Of a DNA stretch of 64,000 nt, positions 9,816 through 19,974 are shown one piece after another. The position numbers and the translations under genes were made by a program. How positions within the stretch are numbered: the stretch's first letter is position 1; each line of letters begins with the position of its first letter. Below the pieces are notes generated by a model. The model ran no database searches and was not told where the DNA came from. It saw only the letters and a program-made list of their open reading frames with translations. This stretch comes from Acidobacteriota bacterium (GTDB lineage: Bacteria; Acidobacteriota; UBA890; WLXD01), in the NCBI GenBank assembly GCA_965205505.1, contig CBDBHB010000008.1, positions 224,001 to 288,000 on the forward strand. The letters are read 5' to 3'.

Positions 9816-10736
9816 GTGAGCGCCAAGCTCCTTCTAGGCAAACCGGTACAAGAGGCGATCCTCGCCGAAGTCAGCGCCGCGACGGCGGACTACGTGGCGG
9901 CGGGACAAGCGCCGCCGCACCTTACCGCGGTCCTGGTGGGTGACGACCCCGCATCTGCCATCTACGTGCGCTCAAAGACAAGTAAGTGTCACGAGGTCGG
10001 CTTCGGCTCAGACGCGCGGATCCTGCCGGCGAGCACGAGCACCGAGAAGCTCCTGACCGTCGTGCACGAGCTCAATGCCGACGACGGCGTCGACGGCATC
10101 CTGGTACAACTTCCGCTCCCGGCACAATGCGATACTAAGGCGGTACTCGACGCGGTGGACCCCCGAAAGGACGTGGACGGATTCAATGCCGAGAACGCCG
10201 GCCGCCTGATTCAAGGACGTCCACGGTTCGCCCCCGCCACCCCCGCCGGTATCATCGAGCTACTGGCGCGCAGCGACGTCTCAGTGTCCGGCAAACATGC
10301 CGTCGTCATCGGGCGCAGCAACATCGTCGGCAAGCCGATGGCAATGCTGCTTCTGCAGCGTCACGCCACCGTAACCATCTGTCATTCGCGCACGCCCGAC
10401 CTCGCGGGGGTAGCGCGTGGCGCCGATATACTGGTCGCGGCGGCGGGTAGGCCGGGCTTGGTGACACAGGATTTCGTCAAGCCTGGAGCCACGGTGATCG
10501 ACGTGGGTATCAACCGTGTAACCGACCGCGACGAAGCCGAAGCAATCCTCGGTGATGCCGCCGATTGGTCGAAGTACGACGAGCGCGGCTATCTGGTCGT
10601 CGGGGACGTTCGCCCTGATGTGGCACAGATCGCCGGAGCTCTGACGCCGGTCCCGGGCGGCGTCGGTCCGCTGACCATTGCGATGCTGCTCGTCAATACC
10701 CTCAACGCAGCTCGCTGGCGGCGCAGGACTGAGTAG
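9816..10736 (+). CDS. folD: Bifunctional methylenetetrahydrofolate dehydrogenase/cyclohydrolase
   Basis: YVRSK, GILVQLPLP, KDVDG, GRSNIVGKP, TPVPGGVGPLT. Confidence 0.97.
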   Translation: MSAKLLLGKPVQEAILAEVSAATADYVAAGQAPPHLTAVLVGDDPASAIYVRSKTSKCHEVGFGSDARILPASTSTEKLLTVVHELNADDGVDGILVQLPLPAQCDTKAVLDAVDPRKDVDGFNAENAGRLIQGRPRFAPATPAGIIELLARSDVSVSGKHAVVIGRSNIVGKPMAMLLLQRHATVTICHSRTPDLAGVARGADILVAAAGRPGLVTQDFVKPGATVIDVGINRVTDRDEAEAILGDAADWSKYDERGYLVVGDVRPDVAQIAGALTPVPGGVGPLTIAMLLVNTLNAARWRRRTE

Positions 10737-10742
10737 CCGCGC

Positions 10743-11381
10743 GTGCGAACCATTCTTGGCGTCGGCCTCACCGGAAACATCGGTGCCGGCAAGAGCACCG
10801 TCGGCGCGATGCTGCAGAGCGCTGGCTGCCTTCTCATCGACGCCGACCTTCTGGCCCGCGATGTTCTGGCGGCTGGCACCGAGGCCAATGACGAGGTGGT
10901 GGCGGTATTTGGCGAACGCGTCCGCGCCGCGGACGGCAGCATAGAACGGGCCGTGCTGGCGAGCATCGTGTTCGCCGACGACAGTGGTCGTCGGCGTCTC
11001 GAGGCGATCATCCACCCGCGCATTCCAACGCTGGAACGTGACCGTATTGCCGCCTGGGGAGTCGAGTGCGGGATCGCCGTCACCGAGGCCGCGTTGCTCG
11101 TCGAGACCGGAGGAGCAGCGCGCTACCAGCGCCTGGTCGTGGTCACCGCAGCGGTCGAGACGCGGTGGATGAGGCTGGTGGAGCGTGGCCTTGCAGAGGA
11201 CGACATCCACGGCCGCATGGCGGCCCAGATGCCCGAAGCCGAGAAGGTTGCGGTAGCCGACTACACGATCGACAACAGTGGCTCTTTGGAGGCTACCGCC
11301 AAGCTCGTGCAGGGGCTCCTCGTGGCGCTACGAGAGGATCTCGATAATCTGGTGGCCGGCATCAACCTGTCGCCGCGCTGA
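10743..11381 (+). CDS. coaE: Dephospho-CoA kinase
   Basis: GLTGNIGAGKSTV P-loop, IDADLLAR, IIHP. Confidence 0.95.
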   Translation: MRTILGVGLTGNIGAGKSTVGAMLQSAGCLLIDADLLARDVLAAGTEANDEVVAVFGERVRAADGSIERAVLASIVFADDSGRRRLEAIIHPRIPTLERDRIAAWGVECGIAVTEAALLVETGGAARYQRLVVVTAAVETRWMRLVERGLAEDDIHGRMAAQMPEAEKVAVADYTIDNSGSLEATAKLVQGLLVALREDLDNLVAGINLSPR

Positions 11382-11751
11382 GGATGTAGTCGGCACCGCG
11401 GTCGCAGCCCACCTCCACGGCAGTGATGCGATAGGCCTCGCCGCGGTTCTTACGCGCTAACCCGTGCAACAACCAGCGGGCCACCTGCTCGGCGGTTGCC
11501 GAGTTCTTGCCGAGCTCGGGGTGCTCCTCCAGAGCGGTCCCGCGCAGCTCGTCGAGCAGTTCCTCCGTCTGCCCGCGCAGCTTGCGGAAGTCGACCACGA
11601 TCGAGATTCGATCGAGCTCGGTTGATGAAGCCTGCACCACGACACGCCAATCGTGCTCATGCTCGGCAGCGCTGTTGCCGTCCGGTCCAACGCGATGGCG
11701 CGCGCGGAAGCTCGTCTCGATGCGTACGTCGAAGGTGGCTGCCCCGCTCAA
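11362..11751 (-). CDS. 6-pyruvoyl-tetrahydropterin synthase / QueD-like protein
   Basis: F.A.H...HEHDW.V, VVDF, TAEQVA T-fold pattern. Confidence 0.75.
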   Translation of the reverse strand: MSGAATFDVRIETSFRARHRVGPDGNSAAEHEHDWRVVVQASSTELDRISIVVDFRKLRGQTEELLDELRGTALEEHPELGKNSATAEQVARWLLHGLARKNRGEAYRITAVEVGCDRGADYILSAATG

Positions 11752-12920
11752 TCCTGACGCTCCTCTCCCATGGTCTCCCAGGCGTGACAGTGCGGACATC
11801 GCGCAAACAGCTCGGCGCTCTTGAACCGGCATTGGAAGCAGACGTACGGATCGAGCAACCGGGCATCGTCGAGCGCCTCATCCAGCAACTCTATGAACTG
11901 CTCGATTCCCTCGCCTTCGAGGCGCAGCAATTCCCATAATTGACGCTGTACCGCGAGCGACCCGGGCCGCTCGCTGAGCGCCGCGCGCAACGCCTCGCGA
12001 GCGCCGGCGAACTCCCGGCGTTCGGTCCGAACACGCGCCAACTCCAGCCACGCTCGCCAGGCGCGAGGATCCCGCTCGAGGATCGCGTTGCAGGATCTCT
12101 CGAGAACAGCCTCATCGCCGAGCACTCGACAGGCGCGCCTCAGGACGGCCATCGCCGCTAGCGCCCACGGCGGCCCGGCATGGATCGCCTGCTCGAGGTG
12201 ATCCCGAGCCGCTTCGGCGCTGCCCTGCTCGAGCAGGCATGTGGCTAGCCCGATTCGAGCCGGTGCATAGTCGGGCCGCAGGTCAAGCGCGGCTTGAAAA
12301 TGCACCGCCGCCGCCTCCGGGTCATCGGCCCCCACCGCCCTGCCCCACTCTGTCTGCAGAGCCGGGCGGAGGTCCGGTTCCGCGCCGCGCGTCATCGTCT
12401 GGATGCGCTGGTGAAAGCGCTGTGCCTCTTCCCAACGTCCACTCTCCTCGGCGATCTGCTGCAGTGCCGTCAGAGCCGCGAGGCTTTCCGGCTCGGCATC
12501 CACGACCTCCTGGAAGGTGCTGGCGGCGCGATCGATCAAGCCGGCCCGCTTGAAGTCCATCGCCAACGAGAACAGCACTTGCGTGTGCTCCCACCGGGAC
12601 TGGTTCGGCCGGTGCAGGAGACTGCGGTGAACATCGATGGCACGCTCAGTTTGCCCGCTTTCGCGCAGCAGGTTGCCAAGTGCGAGGTACGCCTCGAGAG
12701 CATCGGTCTCGTGTCGCACGGCCTGGGAGAGCTCGCGAATCGCCTGGTCCGGCTGGTGCGACACCAAGAAGTTCAGGCCGAGCAGGTAGTGAGGCCGAGC
12801 GCCGGAGCTCTGGGGCGGCACCCGCGGCATCCGGAAACGCGCCCAGAGCTCACCGAGGAGCGCGCCAAGCGACAGCAGGGCCAGCGCAGCGCCAAGCGTC
12901 AGCGGCCAGTCACCCTGCAT
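11748..12920 (-). CDS. lapB: LPS assembly protein LapB-like (TPR + rubredoxin)
   Basis: N-terminal TM, YLLGLNFL, ALGNLLRESG..RAIDVH, C-terminal CFQC..CPHC. Confidence 0.9.
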   Translation of the reverse strand: MQGDWPLTLGAALALLSLGALLGELWARFRMPRVPPQSSGARPHYLLGLNFLVSHQPDQAIRELSQAVRHETDALEAYLALGNLLRESGQTERAIDVHRSLLHRPNQSRWEHTQVLFSLAMDFKRAGLIDRAASTFQEVVDAEPESLAALTALQQIAEESGRWEEAQRFHQRIQTMTRGAEPDLRPALQTEWGRAVGADDPEAAAVHFQAALDLRPDYAPARIGLATCLLEQGSAEAARDHLEQAIHAGPPWALAAMAVLRRACRVLGDEAVLERSCNAILERDPRAWRAWLELARVRTERREFAGAREALRAALSERPGSLAVQRQLWELLRLEGEGIEQFIELLDEALDDARLLDPYVCFQCRFKSAELFARCPHCHAWETMGEERQD

Positions 12921-12953
12921 GCGTTGCTTCTCCTGGACATTGGCGCGGTCTCA

Positions 12954-13503
12954 CTAGTGGCCTGTAACAGATGATCGTTGCATATCGCAGATGGGATTTG
13001 CGGGTGAGATCAAGGCGCGGCGAGGAAGGCGATGCTAGCAGGCCGTGATGGAAGTGTGGTGGGTCTGGCAGGTGGGACTCACGGGCTAGGGCAAGGATCG
13101 ACGACGAGGCGATGTTGGAGCCATCGTCGAGGAGGAGAGACGCCGCCATCGCCCGTGACTCCCACTTGCCCTACGGGTTACGCCGCCAACGGCGCGTCTC
13201 CGGCGTTGCCGCTCCTAGACGATGCGCACGGGCATCGCCGGCGACGCGGCGCCTTGGATCTGCGCCCTTGGCGGCGTAACCAGACCCATCACACTTCCAT
13301 CACGACCTGCTGGGGCATCGTCGACGAGGCGCAACGCCGATATCGCCCGCAACTGCCCGTCTGTCCGCAGGATGGCGGCGAAATCGGCCCGTCTGCGGCG
13401 TTGCTCCTCCTCCAAGATGGGCAAACATCGTCTCGTCGTCGCGCCTGGCATCCGGACCCATTTCGCCACCACGATATGCAACGATCATCTGTTACAGGCC
13501 ACT
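12954..13503. mobile_element. MITE-A copy (inverted relative to 8631 copy), interrupted by MITE-B and cut at its terminal CT|AG by an IS110
   Basis: Near-identical to the reverse complement of 8631-8908 outside 13035-13313; the missing terminal AG is at 14906-14907. Confidence 0.92.
13035..13313. mobile_element. MITE, end type B (two-arm, about 279 bp), nested in MITE-A
   Basis: Imperfect inverted ends CTAGCAGGCCGTGATGGAAGTGTGGTGGGTCTGG / CCAGACCCATCACACTTCCATCACGACCTGCTGG; two internal hairpin arms. Confidence 0.88.
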
Positions 13504-13516
13504 TCTATGAGAAGGC

Positions 13517-13763
13517 GTAGTTCGGTCAAGGGCAATGTGGTGCCCAGCGAAGAATCGATCTGCACGCCATGCTCCTATTCGCACTCTGGTGGACGAGGAT
13601 TCAGGTCGTCCGGTGCATTCTGGGGTCCGTCCCGATTCGAGGCGCTGCAATCTAGCTGCCGAGCTCGAAGCTCGTAGTGACCTTCGCAGTCGCCCGGACC
13701 GGGCGGTCAGATCGATAACCGTTGGGTCGCGTCGCCCTACCGACCTCCTGGTTGCGGGTTAGT
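13517..13763 (-). ncRNA. Candidate bridge RNA / seekRNA region of the IS1111 element (boundaries unknown)
   Basis: Non-coding region downstream of the transposase, with a stem-internal loop at 13644-13690 whose arms match the insertion site. Confidence 0.65.
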
Positions 13764-14806
13764 TCATGCTGCTGAAACCTCTACAGGTGCGCGCAACGGT
13801 TCGTACTCGTCTCCACTCAGCCACAGTCGGTGCAGCACAACGGCGAGCTTACGGGCGACAGCAACTGCTGCCTTTTTGTTGCCATGAGGACCACCGCGTC
13901 CGGCCAGCTTGAGCCCCCAGCGTCTGAGCTCAGTATCGGGCCCGAAGGGGCCCAGGATGTAATGCGCCGAGCCCACCAACAGGCGTCGGAGCATTTTGTC
14001 GCCCGCCTTGGTTATTCGTAGCGCAGGGTCCTTGTCCCCCGACTGCCGTTTCTTCGGTCTCAGTCCCAGGTACGGGCCCACGGCTCTGGAGGTATTGAAC
14101 CGCTCCGGCTCCTCGAGCGTCAGCACATACGCCAGTGCGGTCAGAGCTCCGACCCCGGCCACTTGCTGGAGCTGCTGTGTCTCCGGGTATCGCCCCTGGC
14201 ACAGCTGCACGATCTGACGCTCGTATTGCTGGATGTTGCCCGTCAGCATGGCGATCGTTTCAAGCACCGGCTCGAGCGCTCCCTTGAGCCGCTCCGGTAT
14301 GTGCTCTGGCGCGGTGCGCGCGAACGCCGGCGTCGAGCACCTGGGAATACGACAACCGGCCGACTTGACCGCACCACGCACATGGCTCACCAACTGCGTG
14401 CAGCTCTTTACCAGAGCATCTCGGCTCCGAATCACGGCTAGATCCGCTCGCGCTTGTCTGCCTCGATGCTGCACCGTCTTAAGCAGCTTTGGGTCCATTC
14501 TGCCCACTCGTGCCAGGTGCTCGGCATCCAACCGGTCGGTCCGTGCTCGCCATAGATCAGCTTCAGCCGCCTCGGGTTAGCCACCAGCACCTCATGACCC
14601 AGTTGCTTCAACTGCTCACTCATCCACGGCGAGCGCGTTCCAACCTCCAGCACTACTCGAGCGGGCTCCTCGCACCCGAACCGCCTCGCCAGCCCCTCCG
14701 GGCTCGTCCTCACCCGCCCTTCCTCCATCACCCTGCCCTTACTGTCGAGCACGCACATACGGCTGTACCGGTCGCTTACGTCCAGTCCAATCGTTACACT
14801 TGTCAT
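13764..14806 (-). pseudogene. IS110 family (DEDD) transposase, frameshifted near 14542
   Basis: MTSVTIGLDVS..VVLEVG..VANP in one frame; TDRLDA..VAGVG..YLGLRP..QSG..ITKAG..VAVARKLA in another. Confidence 0.9.
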
Positions 14807-14908
14807 CGGCCAACCTCCTTGGGCTTCGAGCCCGTTACGTTTGAAGAAACGTTTGCAGAGCCGTCAGGCTACTGCGTTCAGGAGGTTGGCCTTCTCATCT
14901 CATCTAGC

Positions 14909-15508
14909 TCACGGCGCATCCGCATCGGCGCCGGGCGCCGCCGACTGGCGGCGAAGATAGTCTTGCAGCACGCAGCTCCAGAGATCGCGAGCGGTCACGA
15001 CGTCGTCCACCACCTCGCGCAAGGCGCCCCGTCCTCCAGCCGACGCGGTAACCCAATCAGCCACCTCAAGAATCCGAGGGTGTGCGTCGGCCACCGCAAT
15101 ACCAACACCGACGTGTCGCATCACGGCCAGATCAACCAGGTCATCCCCCAGGAAGGCTACCTGCGATGCTTCAAGCCCGAGCTGCCCCTGCATCTCCAGA
15201 CAGGCTCCGACCTTGTCGAAAGCTCCCTGCCGGAGCTCGAGCACGGGCAACTCCGAGAAACGCCGAGCGACAGCGGCCGATTCGCGTGCCGTGACCACCG
15301 CGATATGCAGATCGATAACCGTAGCGATATAGAAGGCGCTGCCATCGCGAACATGGAACGTCTTGGCTTCGCAGCCCGCTCCGGCATAGACGATCGAGCC
15401 GTCGGTCAACACGCCATCGACGTCGGTAATCAGCAAACGGAGCTCACGCAAGCGATCCTCGTACGCTTGCCTGGAGAGTCTAGTGTCCTGTAACAGACGT
15501 TCCACCAC
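14909..15508 (-). CDS. kdsC: KDO 8-phosphate phosphatase
   Basis: DVDGVLTDG, FHVRDG, GDDLVD, GGRGALREV; start uncertain. Confidence 0.92.
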   Translation of the reverse strand: MVERLLQDTRLSRQAYEDRLRELRLLITDVDGVLTDGSIVYAGAGCEAKTFHVRDGSAFYIATVIDLHIAVVTARESAAVARRFSELPVLELRQGAFDKVGACLEMQGQLGLEASQVAFLGDDLVDLAVMRHVGVGIAVADAHPRILEVADWVTASAGGRGALREVVDDVVTARDLWSCVLQDYLRRQSAAPGADADAP

Positions 15509-15518
15509 GGCTTGCTAG
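15480..15518. repeat. Chimeric MITE remnant: type-A end joined to type-B end
   Basis: CTAGTGTCCTGTAACAGA + CG + TTCCACCACGGCTTGCTAG. Confidence 0.8.
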
Positions 15519-16507
15519 ACCATCTGTGTACGCCACAGGTCGTGCAAGTGCACGACACCAACGGCGCGTCGATCGCCACCGCCGACGACCAGCACGGTAA
15601 TCCTGCTCTCCTCCAACAGCCGCAACGCCTCCGGAGCCAGGGCATCGGCAGCAATCAGAACCGGATTTGGCGTCATGCATTCGCGCGCCAAGCTGTCGAT
15701 GTCGATGCCGCTCTGAACGATACGCCGAACGTCACCATCGGTGATGATGCCGGCGACCCTACCGTCGGCCGACTCCACCAGCGTCATGCCGAGACCCTTG
15801 GCGGTCATTTCCTCGATCGCCGCGGCGAGTGAAGCTGTCTCGTCGACGCGCGGCACCTGATCGCCCGTGTGCATTACCGTGCGCACGCGCAGCAAACGAC
15901 GACCCAGCGATCCCTTCGGATGGAAACGGGCGAACTCCTCAACCCCGAAGCCCCGCTCCACGAGCAGCGCCATCGCCAAAGCATCGCCAAGCGCCAGAGC
16001 TGCCGTGGTCGACGCGGTCGGGGCGAGTCCCAGCGGGCACGCCTCGGCATCGACGTCGATGCGCAGCACCACGTCTGCCTCGCGAGCGATGGTCGAGCCG
16101 GAATCGCCGACGATGGCGATCAGCCGGACGTTCAGGCGCCGAATCGCAGGCAGCAGCGCGACGATCTCGCCGGTATCGCCACTGTGGCTCAGGGCGATGA
16201 ACACATCACCGTCGACGAGCATACCCAGATCACCGTGGCCGGCTTCCGCAGGGTGGAGAAAAAACGCCGGGCTGCCAGTCGATGCCAGCGTAGCTGCGAG
16301 CTTTCTGGCGATGATTCCCGACTTGCCCATGCCCGAGCACACGAGGCGCTTATCGCATGCAAGCAGCAGATCCAACGCTCGACCCAGCGCCTCCTCGTCG
16401 AGCCCGTCCGCGAGCTTCTCCAACGCGCGAGCCTCGGTCCGCAGTACCTGCCGCGCCATCTCCAACCCGGCGCGGCGGGCAGTCGTGCCGGTACGTTCTG
16501 CGGTCAT
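15515..16507 (-). CDS. kdsD: Arabinose 5-phosphate isomerase (SIS + CBS)
   Basis: GMGKSG, HPAEAGHGDLG, CPLGLAPTASTT, FHPKG. Confidence 0.95.
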   Translation of the reverse strand: MTAERTGTTARRAGLEMARQVLRTEARALEKLADGLDEEALGRALDLLLACDKRLVCSGMGKSGIIARKLAATLASTGSPAFFLHPAEAGHGDLGMLVDGDVFIALSHSGDTGEIVALLPAIRRLNVRLIAIVGDSGSTIAREADVVLRIDVDAEACPLGLAPTASTTAALALGDALAMALLVERGFGVEEFARFHPKGSLGRRLLRVRTVMHTGDQVPRVDETASLAAAIEEMTAKGLGMTLVESADGRVAGIITDGDVRRIVQSGIDIDSLARECMTPNPVLIAADALAPEALRLLEESRITVLVVGGGDRRAVGVVHLHDLWRTQMV

Positions 16508-16508
16508 C

Positions 16509-17339
16509 CTAAGCAGGCCGTGGTGAAAGTGTGGCGGCTCGGATCCTTATCAGCTTCTCGAGCAGTGGTTCGAGTCGTTCCAGCGGCAGCTGCGTGCTGG
16601 CATCGCTCAGCGCGGCCGGTGGGTTGTCGTGGACTTCCAGGAACAGGACGTCGACTCCGGCCGCCACGCCTGCGGCCGCGAGCGGCTCGACGAACTCGGG
16701 CTCTCCGCCGCTGCTCTCGCCTTGGCGGGCCGGGAGCTGCAAGCTGTGCGTGACGTCGAGAACTACGGGATAGCCGAGTCCGGCGAGAAAGCTCAAGCCC
16801 TTGAAGTCGACAACGAGATTATTGTAACCGAACGATGTGCCTCGCTCGGTGACCAGCAACGCCTCATTGCCCGTGGACGCCGCCTTCTCGACAACCCTGC
16901 TCATGTCCCAGGGCGCCAGAAACTGTCCTTTCTTCAAATTGACTGGACGGCCGGTCTGGGCCGCGGCGAGAACCAGGTCTGTCTGCCGGCACAGAAACGC
17001 CGGAACCTGTAGGACGTCAACGCACTCCGCCGCCGCGGCCGCTTGCGCCGGCTCGTGCACGTCGGTGAGCACGGGAAGGCCGACAGCGTCGCGAACCTCG
17101 GCGAGGATTCGCAGCCCATCGTCAGGGCCGGGCCCGCGATACGTAGAAACCGACGTTCGGTTGCCCTTGTAGTAGGAAGCCTTGAACACGCACGGGATCC
17201 GCATTCGCCGGCTGATGTTGGCCACCGCTTCGGCCATACGGAGACAATGCTCGCGACTCTCGATGACGCACGGGCCGGCGATCAGCCCGAGGTTGCCCTC
17301 GCCGAAGACTACGCCGTCGGCAACCGTCACCGCGCCCAT
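16509..17339 (-). CDS. kdsA: KDO 8-phosphate synthase
   Basis: AGPCVIES, QVPAFLCRQTDL, KKGQFLAP, ERGTSFGYNNLVVD. Confidence 0.96.
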   Translation of the reverse strand: MGAVTVADGVVFGEGNLGLIAGPCVIESREHCLRMAEAVANISRRMRIPCVFKASYYKGNRTSVSTYRGPGPDDGLRILAEVRDAVGLPVLTDVHEPAQAAAAAECVDVLQVPAFLCRQTDLVLAAAQTGRPVNLKKGQFLAPWDMSRVVEKAASTGNEALLVTERGTSFGYNNLVVDFKGLSFLAGLGYPVVLDVTHSLQLPARQGESSGGEPEFVEPLAAAGVAAGVDVLFLEVHDNPPAALSDASTQLPLERLEPLLEKLIRIRAATLSPRPA

Positions 17340-17345
17340 CCCGGG

Positions 17346-19836
<2,491 letters not shown>

Positions 19837-19844
19837 AGCCTCTC

Positions 19845-19955
19845 CTAGTGTCCTGTAACAGAGGTTCGTTGCATATTGTGGCGCGCGCGACTGAGTCGAA
19901 TCCAAGGAGGCACGACGACGGCGATGCTGAGCGTATCGCAGCCGTGGTGAAGGTA
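19845..19955. mobile_element. Truncated single-arm MITE-A
   Basis: CTAGTGTCCTGTAACAGAGGTTCGTTGCATATTGTGGCGCGCGCGACTGAGTCGAATCCAAGGAGGCACGACGACGGCGATGC aligns with the reverse complement of 6213-6399; no second end. Confidence 0.82.
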
Positions 19956-19974
19956 CACCGACGACTGAGGCCTC

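Larger units (their letters stand above)
13504..14905 (-). mobile_element. IS110-family insertion sequence, IS1111 type
   Basis: Sub-terminal IRs ATGAGAAGGC (13507-13516) / GCCTTCTCAT (14889-14898), 3 and 7 nt from the ends; CT core at both junctions; long non-coding region 3' of the transposase. Confidence 0.9.

Noticed and set aside
13540-13640. Possible donor-binding loop of the bridge RNA
   Set aside because: Only 5-6 nt partial matches to the circle junction; cannot be assigned by eye
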